Part shown: positions 23,630 to 36,390 of the stretch, piece by piece
Position numbering within the stretch: the stretch's first letter is position 1
Layout: each line of letters begins with the position of its first letter
Origin: Raillietiella orientalis
Lineage: Eukaryota
Assembly: GCA_036172245.1 (NCBI GenBank)
Contig: JAYWIR010000035.1
Location: 1,612,001 to 1,676,000 of the forward strand
Direction of reading: 5' to 3'
DNA length: 64,000 bases
The notes under the pieces: model-generated
What the model saw: the letters and a program-made list of their open reading frames with translations, nothing else
Told to the model about the DNA's origin: nothing
Databases searched by the model: none
Made by a program: the position numbers and the translations under genes

Positions 23630-24270
23630 TGTCGTGCAATGGAGAACGGATCCCCCTCACTGGGGGACCCTCCAGTTTCAAGATGGATCAGGAACTCACG
23701 GGCACCTCTCCAGTTGTTCATTCGGGCGTGGCAACGGTGGTCGTTTAAGACGGGAGGCCCATAATGAAGGCCAGAACAATGGGAGTCGACCTTCGGGTCC
23801 TTCCAGGAATCAAGGAGTGAGGAGTTCCCCTCCGGTCGTACAACGGAGAGCGGACCCCTCCTGTTGCGGGAGGAATCCTCCGAGTCGTCGCCTCTTCACA
23901 GAGTGCAAAGAAGCAAGCGAGAGCGATTCCCTGCGGGAAGCTGCAGCGCCCCTTCTGAGTTTCGGAAGCGTCCCTTCGGGGTTCTCTTCAGAGGAGTGAA
24001 CAGGAGCGCTTCCCTTGCGAGTTCCCTCCGGAGAAGAAATTCCTACTAACGGATCCTTACCGAGTTCCCTTCGGAGAAGAAAAAATGGAGAAGACCCCCC
24101 CGTTCCGGGGTGCTCCCTCCGGAGAGAATGAGGAAGGAGATTCGCTTCGGAGACAACCAGGGTGGGAGATGCGATAACCCCTGGAGGGAGGAGCCCTCCA
24201 CAAGCGTGAGAGGAACGGACTCCGAGTGTTCCTGTATTCATAGGGCGGGACCCTCCTTCCGGGTGCCCCC
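23630..24270 (-). mobile_element. Diverged copy of the LTR-like repeat found at 35881-36410
   Basis: GC-rich island sharing ordered blocks with 35987-36410: ATTCGGGCG..GGTGG, CTTCCAGGA, TTCCCCTCCGGT, GAGTGCAA, GGAAGCG.CCCTTC.GGGTTCTC, TCTTCAGAGGAG, AGAGAATGAGGAAGGAGA, CAAGCGTG..GAACGGA, TAGGGCGG. Confidence 0.65.
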
Positions 24271-27200
24271 TATCTTGAAGAATAACACGCACCCTCCGCG
24301 GGTGGCGTGGAACAGTGTTGAAGAGTCACGTGCGCCGCAAGGCACGCGACCGGCTCTTGAGGTACTTGGCTTACCAAAACAAAGAAAACCTGCAAAAAAA
24401 TGCTGGAAGGGAAAAAACAGCGAAGACAGAAATGAACCCAAAAGGATTTCCATCATCCCCAGATTTCATATTTTCTTGGCACAGTGGATCTGAAAGGGAA
24501 GCTGCTGAAAGTTTCACCTGTCAGAGATTTTGATGCTGATGATCAAGAACACGTTTTCGAGGGAGACCCTTGTTGGCAGTGCTGGGTTACTGGAAGAAAC
24601 GGAGGTAGTTTTCTTTTCAGCTTGTCACCTTAAAGGGTTATGTTTTGTCCATTCACGTTACATTGTTCCACTTGCGATCCTCTTGAAGAGAAACAATCGG
24701 ACAAACGAGATTTATGCTCATTCTTCACATGGTCTCGGATTTCTTTAAAAGGCTCAGTGGCTCTCTTTTCCGGGATGATCTTTCTTCTCAGTTCAGAAAG
24801 GTACGAAAAGAGAAACGAAGGCCATCTGTAGGATGATAAAGCTGAGTGAGAAATATCGTACCGTGACATCTGCAAAGGTGCAGGATGGAAGTTTTCCTAT
24901 GTAGGTTTTTCTTCCGCTTCCAACCACTCCCTGACAATCCAAAAATTCTACTCATTTTGACCCTCGACGGACTCGCATTTTGTCGGGAACGCTCAGAAAT
25001 CGTCCGGTTTTTTATCAAGAGATGGAGACTTAGCTGCTGGACAGGTCGAGTCGGTGTCCCCATTGCTCTCAGGGTTTTTCAATTCTTTCCCAGTGACTTC
25101 TCTGCAGCTTCACGGGAGACCTTTGAAACAACGCAGCGCACGCATTCTCGCATGCCTTTCATTCCGAAGGCTCGAATCACAACAATGGTGTCGTAGTCCT
25201 CTCTAGGGCCACCGCCATGTCTGTCCCGCCTACTTTCAGCGCAGGCGCAACGAAGGCAAACTCACAAAGCATTACAAGAATAAAGAAAACCAAGTAAGCA
25301 GCCAGGGCAAGCCTACGGGTTGCCAGATTACTTATTCTGCAGATGAGGTACACACTCCTCTTTAGTACCTTGACATTGGATTAGAAGTATACGTAATTCT
25401 CATTGTTTGCCAGCACTTATCTGACCAGACATTTCAATTTTTCGGTGGAAAGAAAACGGTCCTTTTCGAACTTATCGAATAACTGATCACTCGGGGAATG
25501 CCTTCTGAAATCGAAAACATGATGAGGGACCTTTTGCTTTCAAAGGAATCGGTCATCTGCCAATATGCTAGATATGATAATTAATTCACTATTACGATAA
25601 CATCGTGGTTGATGAGCAGCTCGAAAACTTCATCATCTCGAAGTAAAAAATGTTGGAAAAGTCACAGTTAACACTACGAACATGCGGCACGAACTGAACT
25701 GTTTAACTTTCTCTGTGCTTCGTGATTATTCAAAAAAGACATTGCTGAAATTCCAAAACCTTCGCATCGTACATAAGGGAATCTCATAAGATCATTTGGG
25801 TTGCAAGCAGGAAAAATATATCCATGATTGCATGTGTATATTTCTATTATATGCGCATTCATTAAGTGGAGGAGATTAATCTGAGATACAGAACAATTAA
25901 TGCATCCAAAAGAGCTTTGTACTAAATCTGAATGTTTCTATATTGGAAAATAGTTTTCCAATATAGAAACATTATTAGAGTTAGGATATATATAGTATCT
26001 TCAAAAAAGAAAGAAACACAGAACAAACGGAATCAAAATATTTCATTTAAGTTTTTTCCTCCGTCGCTTCGAATTAATAAAATAAAGATTCGCATATACT
26101 TCAAATTCATGCCCCCTTTTTTAAGTCAATGGTATCTATGGTTCTATAGACTTAAAAAAATGATTAGAATCATTTGAAACGCTGGTTACAACTGAACAAC
26201 CGATTCGATTCGTTTGGATTTGCGTTGATTTTATAGATTTCTAAAGACAAGCTGTATAAATTTACTATTTCTGATGTATTTCTAAATGCTCAAAAGCAGA
26301 AATAGATTTCAATATGATAAGACAAATCGCACTGAATAGTTCGCTACGAGTGCATCTTAGTATAACCGGTGAAAAAAAAATGCATCCTCATAGGTTATTC
26401 ATTTTATTTATTTTAAAAATGCTGCGCAGATTTTCTGACATTACGTAAGCTTCTTTCTCGTCGGTACATGCTAATGATTTCATCACAATTATCTCATAGT
26501 ATTTGTCTTTTTTTATTCTTTATGTCAACAAGATTTAAGAAATTAGCTTTTTTGAATGACAAATTCGGAGCAGAGTTAGTCATCACATACTCTCTGTGAG
26601 TAATCTGCATCTTGATCTTGATGATGTGCGTATTTTTCATTATTTCCAAATACAACAGATAATTATGAAATCTGCTAAATCTAAAAGATCAGCTTTGAGA
26701 TGTGTATACTATCAAAATCCCAGAATCTACAAGAACAGCAATGAAAAATTTTGTTTCTTGGTTGAATACAACACTCTTCTTCGTCTTGCTATAATGAATT
26801 TAAATATATTAGGTTGTCAGATAATGCCTATCGGAGCAAAACCTTACTGTTTGATACTACCATAAAATAACGTTTCTTAACCGTTTACGAAGGCATGTAT
26901 TACATGGCAATTAAAGCTGTTATAATGATGAAAGGCTATCATCAGAAACTCGTAATCTCACTAAATATCTGGGTGCACTCCAAACGAGGGAATAGAATCG
27001 CAGCTCTCTTTTTACTTAGTCTCAGTATAGTGTTTACCACTGTGGAAACTTTCTGGAGATTTTCTCTATGGGGACAAAAAACACTTCAATAAAACAAGCT
27101 GAACACTGGTTTTTGCTCATTAATTCATTTATAAAAAATAGTACGCTAAGTATGCATGTTCAAACAGATTTGTGTTTCTATTGCATCACATAATTATTGT

Positions 27201-27694
27201 GACAACTAAAAAATAAGTCAACGAAAAATACTATCAAACTAAAAATGGCACGAGTAAAAATACATAAATTAGTCCTTTTCTATTCAGGGTCTTGTTTTCA
27301 ATTCATAATTAAAAACATAAAACAAAATGTTGAGTTTTTAGTATAGAAAGTCTTGTATTATAACTTCAAGATTGGTAGAAAATTCAAATGTATCATAATA
27401 CTTTGAATTTTTCGGAAATATTTTTCGTAAAATGATTCGTAAAAATAAAGAAAAGATGAAAACCGATGCATCTAGCACTAATAGCCTATTTTTAAGTTTA
27501 CCTAGTTTGTCAAGAATTCTTTTTACTTTTATATCATTTTTAGGATACTTTAAACAGACTATAAACAATACTGATAGTACCAGAATTGAGATAGAATATA
27601 AAATTTAATTTATTGCATAAATCGGAGAAAGGAACCTGGCAATACTGGTCTGTCTTCAAAAGATATCTGGTAGGGATTGTGGTGGTGGTTTTTA

Positions 27695-30492
27695 ATGGAA
27701 GCTTCCAGCGCCGGAAAACCACAAAAAATGCCGAAAGTGGCCAAAGTAAGTCTGCAGCTCCTATTTTTGGTCATTTTTTTCGTTGTAGCAGATGATGTAT
27801 AATTTAAAAAGAATGTACTTTAAATTGAAAAAGTTGATTAGCACATGATTAAGAGGCAAAACTCTTAACTCAGTTTGTGAATAGATGTGGGTCTGTTTCA
27901 TAAAGCTATACAGAACTATAAAAAGTAGTACTGGTGTTAACCAAAAGTCTTATATCCATGTTGAGTGCATGCTAATGATGCCATTCTTTCAGGTCAAAAA
28001 TAAAGCACCAGCAGAAATCCAAATAACTGCAGAGCAGTTATTGAGGGAGGCCAAAGAAAGGGATTTGGAAATTCTACCACCTGTAAGTACCCGGTAGATA
28101 AAACGACTCATGAAGTTAGGAATTAGCAATAAAGAAATGTATTGCATTATATGTGTTCTTTATGTGCAATCATATGAGTTCAGTTGTGAAATGTAATTCT
28201 AGCCTCCAAAACAAAAAATCTCAGATCCTGAGGAACTTGATGATTACCGATTAAGAAAAAGAAAACAATTTGAAGATAATATACGAAAAAATCGTACAAG
28301 TATAAGTAACTGGATCAAATATGCCCAGTGGGAAGAAAGTCAAAGGGAGATTCAAAGGTTAATATTTATCATATGGAACAACACCATTTTATTGCAGTTA
28401 TCCTCGTGTAGAACCCGTTCAGTTTATGAAAGAGCTTTAGACGTCGATCATCGAAATATCACATTATGGCTGAAATACACAGAAATGGAAATGAAGAACA
28501 AGCAAATCAATCATGCCAGGAACTTATGGGATCGGGCAGTGACCATCTTGCCAAGAGCAAATCAGTTCTGGTACAAATACACCTATATGGAAGAAATGCT
28601 TGGCAACATAGCTGGTATCTTATGGATTGAGTAATTTCTGTGTACTAATTACATGAAGAATAGGGGCAAGACAGGTGTATGAGCGGTGGATGGAATGGGA
28701 ACCTCATGAACAAGCTTGGCAAACTTACATTAATTTTGAATTGAGGTATAAGGAGCTAGATCGTGCTCGAGCTATTTATCGACGGTTTGTTATGGTTCAC
28801 CCAGATGCCAAAAACTGGATTAAATGGGCTAGGTAGAATATTGAGTAAAAAGCTTCATGTTGAATCGATTTAGGTTTGAAGAACGACATTCTTACATCCA
28901 GAGTGCTCGCCGCATATTGGAACAAGCCATTGAATTTTTCGGGGAAGAGCAGTTGCAAGAGAAACTATTTATTGAGTTTGCTAAATTTGAGGAACGTCAG
29001 CGTGAGGTAAAAAAACTGGAATGAGTGCAACATGCTGTAGAAAAACTGATCAGCATGACCGAGTACGGGTAATCTACCGCTATGCCTTGGATCGATTGCC
29101 TCGAGAAAGATGTCAGGATATTTATCGTTGTTACAGTATTCATGAGAAGAAGTATGGAGATCGTGGCCTTATTGAGAGTGTTATTGTCAGCAAACGACGC
29201 TTTCAGTATGAAGAGGTAAACAGCAGGCATAATTTACCAGACAGTTAATTTTTTGAAGTTAATCTTAGGAGTTGAAAGCTAATCCTCATAACTATGATGC
29301 GTGGTTTGATTTCTTGAGGCTCTTGGAGGCTGAAGGAGATGTTGGTGTTGTCCGAGAGACTTATGAACGAGCTATTGCTAATGTCCCACTCACAGCTGTA
29401 CGTGTAGCATATTCATTTAGCCTTTCTTATATGCAACTCAGGAAAAACGCCATTGGCGTCGGTATATTTATCTGTGGATCAAATATGCATTGTATGAAGA
29501 GCTAGATGTAGGAGATAAAAACCAAACTCGAGAAGTGTATTTAGCATGCCTAAAGCTTATTCCACACAAAAGGTTCACTTTTGCTAAAGTGTGGCTGCTA
29601 GCAGCTCAGCAGGAAGTGCGTCAAAAAAATCTGTTATCAGCACGTAAATTGCTGGTGAGCATAAACTGCATAAATCCTTCCAAAAGAAAAAAAAAAACCC
29701 CTAGGGAACTGCAATTGGGATGTGCCCTAAAGACAAACTATTTCGTGGCTATATTGACCTGGAGATTCAGCTTAGGGAATTTGATCGTGTTCGTCGCCTC
29801 TATGAGAAATTCCTAGAATTCTGCCCAGAAAATTGCACTACATGGATGAGATTTGCAGAACTTGAATCTCTGTTAGGTGATGTGGATCGAGCTAGGGCCA
29901 TATATGAGCTGGCAGTGGGACAGCCACGTCTGGACATGCCTGAAGTTGTTTGGAAAGCATATTTAGATCTGGAAATGGAACAGGAGCAACCAGAGCGTGT
30001 TAGGGATTTGTATGAACGTTTGTTGCAACGCACACAGCATGTGAAAGTGTGGATGAGCTATGCCAAATTTGAGGTTTCTCAAGGGTGTGTGGATCGAGCC
30101 CGGAAAGTGTTTGAGCGTGCTAACCACGTTCTCCGTGATTCTGACAAGAAAGAAGAACGTGTCATTATTCTTGAGAGTCTGAAAGAGTTCGAGGATGAAC
30201 ATGGTGATCAAGAATCTCGCCAGCGAATATGTGCCTTGCTTCCACAACGTATTAAGAAGCGACGACGTATACAAACAAATGATGGGGTAAGAACACTATA
30301 AGACTTTCATGCTGGTAATTTGATGCTTCCTTTTAATCTACTTAGACCGATGCTGGATGGGAAGAATACTTTGATTATATCTTCCCAGAAGATGAAGCTT
30401 CCAGACCTAATCTGAAGCTTTTAGCAATGGCCAAAATGTGGAAAAAACAGCAAGAAATCGGGAATGTTGAACAAAAAGAAAGTGATTCCTGA
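27695..30492 (+). CDS. CRNKL1: Crooked neck-like pre-mRNA splicing factor (CRNKL1/SYF3/CLF1), ~677 aa. Exons 27695-27745, 27993-28082, 28203-28357, 28412-28614, 28664-28832, 28874-29006, 29054-29215, 29269-29397, 29442-29654, 29705-30286, 30346-30492
   Basis: Spliced frame of 2034 nt is open. It contains [113 protein letters not shown] and [20 protein letters not shown] at 30942. Confidence 0.97.
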
Positions 30493-33400
30493 TGTTGATG
30501 TTTTGTTTTGTTTTGCCTCAGAGGGAGCAGAAAAGTAAACAGCATCAGTAAGATGACGAGCGGGGATATCACATCAAAAACAGGGAGGCATCGTGGAATT
30601 CATGCTGTCCAGTAGTCTGATTTGATGTTGCAATCGTCATCAGTTGCAACGCTGAGACTGTTTGTTTTTTTTCTAATGCAAGAATGAAAAACTCAGACCG
30701 TTGGCATAAACGTGTCGCGCATCTTATGATTTAGACAAGCAGTATTCGAAATGTTGTCTGCATGCAGGCAAAGTTTTTTTTCTTTTTTTTTTTTTTTTTT
30801 CATGTTTACCCATAGAGCGGATCACAAGATCGGAGCCTTTCAAACGGTCCGATTTTGAGCAATCCATTTATGGGCGGCAAACCAAATCAAGCGTGAATAA
30901 TCACGTAGCAATAAGTGCGTCAAATATGAGTATAAAGATCAAATAAATTTGCCTGCCCTGAAAGTGACTCACCCAGCTGCCAAGTATTCAAGGTGAATTT
31001 TTCTTATTTATAAATCATTGCAATAAAAAACGATTCAGCGCACATGCAGGCCGCTGCGTTAGCGGTTTTAGTAAAATTAAATTTGGTGCATGTTTCACTC
31101 GAGGGTGGCAACCCTGAACCCTTCTGTTTACAGAAGCACTAATAAAATAGAAACAGTAGCAAACCCAAAATAAGAGGCAGATGCTCTGTTGGTATTTATC
31201 CCTGGCAACAGCGGAATCCCTCCCCGTTGTGGGCTGGCCGTTTTTGTCTGATATAAATCAGAGATGGGCAAAGAGAGATAAACTGAAGAATCAGATCGAA
31301 TTTCAGGTAACTCTCAGAAAGGCAACCAAGATTCCAGACATCCTGATGTCTCTACAGTTAAGGATGAGTCGGGAACTTGGAACGTTATTGCTGAGACCTT
31401 CATCAACAGAAACCTTTCACCCGAATGATCAGTTCTGTTATTTGTACGATCGGGTTCTACTTTGTTACTGCCAGCATGTTCCTGTCGTCGGAAAATGGTC
31501 GTCTAGGGAAATCTGAAAAGTGTTTTAGGATTTGTGAACCAATTCCCCGTCACTCGTTTGCTCGCTTGCTGCCACCTTGTGTCTTGAACGATCCTCGTCT
31601 CTTAGAGTGTTCTTCACAGATACAAGAAAATATAAAACTAAAGTACAAATGTGAGCAGTTTTCCCACTCACAATGTAGAATTTCAGGAACAAATCAGACA
31701 TTTTCAGGTATGCATTAAAAAAAAATCAGCCGAAATCATCTCGAATGCTTTTTTCATTCCCGACAAGTTGGCTCCATTGACGAGTCTACCGTTGCGATAC
31801 CTTGTCGATGCCTGCTCTCGGATGTCCACTCAAATCTCCATTATGTGCTTCATTATCTTATGCATTCAGAAAAGATCCAGCTGTAATTTAAGCCACTTGT
31901 TAAAGGAAGTCGATGTTTTCTTCTGGCTCCATTCTGAAACCTCCCAAGCACTGGGCATCATCCTTGTACGGTACAAAGGTACGTTGTAACGCAGGAGTTT
32001 CATCGTTCGACACTCTGTCTTTGAACATGATAAAGATAATAATAATAATTTCCTTATAATCATCACTTCTATGATAACGTCTTTGAATAGCTCAACTAGA
32101 AGCACCTGAAATTCACGATTGTAAGGCAATCCTCATTCAAGCTTTTATACTCTTTAATCTTTATATGCGGTTTGTACAAAGAGTGAAAAGTGCTCGTAAA
32201 GCATGGATGTGGTATGGGGTCTTCCACTCTCCTCTACTTGATATTGTGACCTTAGGTGGTGCATAACGAGGAACATCTAATTGTTTTGTGGTCCCTGGGT
32301 TTTCACAGAACACAAGGCAGAAATTGTGTTTGAGCTTTGCTCTCAGATCTGAACTTCAGCGTTCGTAGCTGAGCAAAAGCATGGAGCCAAAGGTGGTTTT
32401 TACCTTGCAGAGCCGCTACGTCTTTCATGCTTACTAAGTGGGAATGGTTCCTAGCCACTTAGTGTTGCTTGGTTTCCGCGCCCGTCCTTCTCTTCTTATC
32501 TTCCTCTTATCACATCCGAAAATCAGATGTGATGTGAATTGCAATTTTCGATCTCCAACGTATCCAGCCGCTTACAGCCTCTTGAACCCGAAGTAATTAT
32601 GTGTTCAAAGGGGTATCACCATCAGTGAGTGAGCACTGATAAACGGTCGAAATTATCGGAGCAATAGAAGCAACCAATTAAGGCAATCAGCTTATCAGTG
32701 AAACCAACAGAAATCAAATACCACTTCTATTTTCTTTTTTGGCACACTTCGAACCTTTGCTTTTATGTTTGTGGTAAAAGCGATTTGCTTATTTGCATAT
32801 AATACAGAGGAGTTCACTTTTCTAAAGAATAAATTTCTCATCGAGTGCAGCATTCGTAGCCGAAAGTACGCTGTCCACCTCACCATCCATCTTCTGGTTA
32901 GTTGCAGTCAGCGGTACGCGTCTTAACGCTATTCTTTGTGTGTTGACCTAATCTTCTCATTTTCCTTACAAACACGATCGGTTCGTATCTCGACCCATTA
33001 AGTGTTTCGGTTTGATCAAGTCAATCTGGTGTTTCCACCCATCATAATGGAACACTAACAAAGTAGCCACTTGAAAACTTGTAATGGAAAGGTTAAGTAA
33101 ACCAACTTTACTCGGTTGAGTGTTTTAAAGAGCATACGGTACTGAGATTTTTCCACCAAGACACTCGTTGCGGTTATAGACAGTGCACAAATACTTGCCA
33201 CGGGAGAATTCAAAAAAAAAAAGAAAATGCAATCGACAGCCCAATTTCTTGGGGTCACCCAGTCCGCAAGAAATTGGATGTAAGTGTGTGTGTACGATGA
33301 GCAAACTTCAGCAATAGCTGCGTCCAGATGCCCGTAGGTAAGGATCGACTGGCACTTTACTCTACGAACGATTGCACCTTCCTTTTTGTCCTTTGAACAA

Positions 33401-35880
33401 AATAATGATCTTAGTTTTAGCGCCTTCTTCGTAGCTCTACTTGCCTTCAAAATATTTCCTCTGAAGGTTTCACGCACCACTTTGGACCTTATTTTTCGGA
33501 AGAAAAAGAAAGAAAAAAAAAATTGAAGTGAACTGGCATTTGCATTAGGAATTAACTCATCCGATATCTAAATCAGACAGTTGTCCTTAGCCTTTTTTTT
33601 TTTTTTTTCAAAAGCTTTTGAACTAGCGATCATTACGCCTCTGTTCGGCCCTCCAGTAGGATACTGACTGCCCTTTGGCAAAACTGTCCTTGGCCAAGTT
33701 ACTCTTAGCCAGGGGGTGTAAATGCGTGGAAGGATGATGAGTACGTCTTTGCAAAAAAAAAAAACTGTGCTCCGCTTGTCAGATCTCTTTGCGGGTGGTT
33801 TCTGTTGTGAGCCACAGGGTCATTAATGTCCTACTAAATAAAATACTTCTGAGTGTGGCATTCCGGAGTATGGCATTCCAATCAGATGTGGAAGCTGACT
33901 CATCCTGCTAGGTTATGGACTCCCATCTACAATTTCTTTTAAACTCTCCTCGCACATCAGAGGCAAAAAGATCCAAAATTTAGACTGAAAATCCACTTAT
34001 GCCAAAAGTGGGGATTGACCTCGGTGGTTTCTAGCAGGAGGTCCAAACCAAGTCCGGTACCGAATGCATGTAACTATGTGTCAGGATGTATGTACATATA
34101 TGTTCGGACAAAATAAGAATGAAGAGAGGTTTGCATTTAGAGGCCGTGTGAATGGAGAGTTATTGAATACGAGAAACACGAGAGAAGGTAAAGGTGAGAC
34201 GCAAATTACATTTCATATGCAATTTAATGTAGAATAGATTGGATCCAAGTAGATGAAAATGCATTTCATACAGTGTGTGACGGACAAATGCGATTTCTTT
34301 ACCATTTCCACTAAGCATTTGTTAAATACATTAAAATACGCAATTAGTTTACGAAGAAAGCATTTGCATGTATTTATTTTCAATGAAATACATTAGTTAA
34401 TGGAATATGTTTATATGGCGCTCTGTACAAATACATCAGCCGTGACAATAAAATGTGTTGACGGAGAAAGTAAAGGAGGCTCATTTCGAATCCACAGGAA
34501 TTTATGAACGTCCCGAAGGCGACACCGATGCACACAATTACCGGCGCGTCCCTCCAGCACGGAGGCGACTCCTTTCCTCCCTGAAGTTTCTCCGATCCCG
34601 ACTCGCACGGTCTTGAAATTGAACCCGCGTATTCTTTTTCCGAATGTTCTCCGCGCTCTTATCGGCTTCTTTGTGACCTCGCCGACGGAACGTGTTTGCC
34701 CCTGCCGTGCTCCACGCTGGCACCGACTGTCGCAGAGTCTGATCCCCCCGCGCGTCGAGTACGTTGGGCGGGGGACGCCCTCACGAGGACTCGCCGACCA
34801 GCGGAGGTGGCCGGTTGCCGGCGCAAGGCGGTTCCCAAGGTGCCGCGCTTGTCAACGGACGCCTGCTTCCGACCGGGGGGCCCTTTCGAGAATCCGGAGC
34901 TCTCGGGCCGGAATACCTTTTCTGCGGCCATCTTTTTGCTCACCGACCGCTTCCTCTTCCCTAAGAACCGGGAACGGGGATTGACTGTTTGCTCCTCGCA
35001 TCCGTCCCCATTGGCCGCATTCGGTCTGGATCGAATCGTCGGGAAAAGACAAGGGTTCCCTGCGACTGCGAGCACTGCCATCTCGTGGACCCGCTTGATT
35101 TCAGGATGCCCCTCCCCCAACCCGTCTGGTGCGTTTGCGCTCGGAACTCCTCACTTTGTCTTTCACGCGCGTGACATTCCTCCCCAAGACGACTTCGTGG
35201 GATCCCGGAACGGATCGAAGGCTCTCGAAAGCAGATGGAGATCTCTCCGCAACCGCTCCTTCCGCTCAGACTCTAGGGGGGAACCAGGGAACCAGTCCTG
35301 CTCCTTTCGGCCGTCGCACTCCCTGACGAAAATCGCGGCTGGAAATTCCTGCGCGGGGCGTGGCCTCTACACTTCTCCTCCTCTCCTCTTCTTGCCACGG
35401 ATGGTTTGAACACCAGTGGACTGCGGAGAGCGCGCGCCGATCCCTGCTGCGGCTTGCGCGAGCTGCGCCTCCCGCTTGTCGTTCGCCATCACCTCGCGCC
35501 TAGAGTTTCCGGGGTCTCACGGCCCGCGCTGGCCTCCGCGGAGGCTTCGCTCCCATCAGGCGAAATGGGCAGCACGCGTGACAGCGCCCATCGAGGACCA
35601 CGAGGTCGCTTCTCGATGCACACGCGTGTCTCCTCGTGAGAGATGCCGCGGCTCCATCTGTTTGGCAGCTCGGGCCGATCGGAGGGGAGGGGCAGGGAAG
35701 GATTTTTCGCACTAGCGAGTGCCAGCAGACTCGCAACGAGTGAAACCCCAGAAGTTTTTTCTTTCCTCTCTCTCTCCAGACTGAGCGGCAACGGTTGCAG
35801 CAGCAGCGTCCGCCACAGTGGGACCAGCCGCCGCCCAAAGAGACGGCTCTCTGCCGTGTTGTGCGGCCGTCTCCGCGCGT

Positions 35881-36390
35881 TGTAAGAAACGTCGCGGGTT
35901 CGAATCCCGCCCGAGGAAGGGTCGATGCTGGTCCCACCGAATAGGGGATGCGTCGTGGGCTTCGGGTACCCTCGCACTGGTAGACCTATTCGGGCGCGAC
36001 CCTGGTGGAAGCCAGAAACACCGGATGTCTTCGTTGGCTGACCTCCGGGATTGTAAGTTGACCCTCCGGGGTGCTTCCAGGACATCCAGGAGCCCTTCGG
36101 GATTCCCCTCCGGTGGGAGAGATGGAGCCGTCCCTCCCCTCGAGGAAATGCCCTCCATCGTGCACCATAAAGCTGGTCGATACCTCCCTCGGGGGGTTGC
36201 CTCTCCTGAGTGCAAGGAGCGCGCTGGGAGGGAAGCGCCCTTCAGGGTTCTCTCTCTTCAGAGGAGGAAAGTAGGAGCGGATCCTTTCCGGAGGGTCCCT
36301 CCTAAGAGAATGAGGAAGGAGAGTCAGCCCTTCGGAGTTCCTTCAAGCGTGGGAAGAACGGAATCTTTCCTGGATCCCTAGGGCGGTACA
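35881..36390 (-). mobile_element. Putative LTR (~510 bp, TGTA...TACA termini) carrying a tRNA-like B box
   Basis: The minus strand reads a purine run (CAGGGGGG, PPT-like), then TGTACCGCCC ... TTTCTTACA. GGGTTCGAATCCC lies at 35896-35908 (+). Homologous copies occur at 23.7-24.3 kb and, weakly, 38.2-38.4 kb. Boundaries are inferred. Confidence 0.5.

Noticed and set aside
25208..25300. Perfect Kozak GCCACCGCCATG followed by a GTAAGC donor
   Set aside because: No compatible downstream exon or known peptide found; may simply be a YY1-like CCGCCAT promoter motif.
31181..32130. Short ORFs with 51-60 nt GT-AG intervals downstream of CRNKL1
   Set aside because: Could not be assembled into a convincing protein.
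35845..35915. tRNA gene
   Set aside because: Only the T arm is present; no acceptor stem or D arm can be built.
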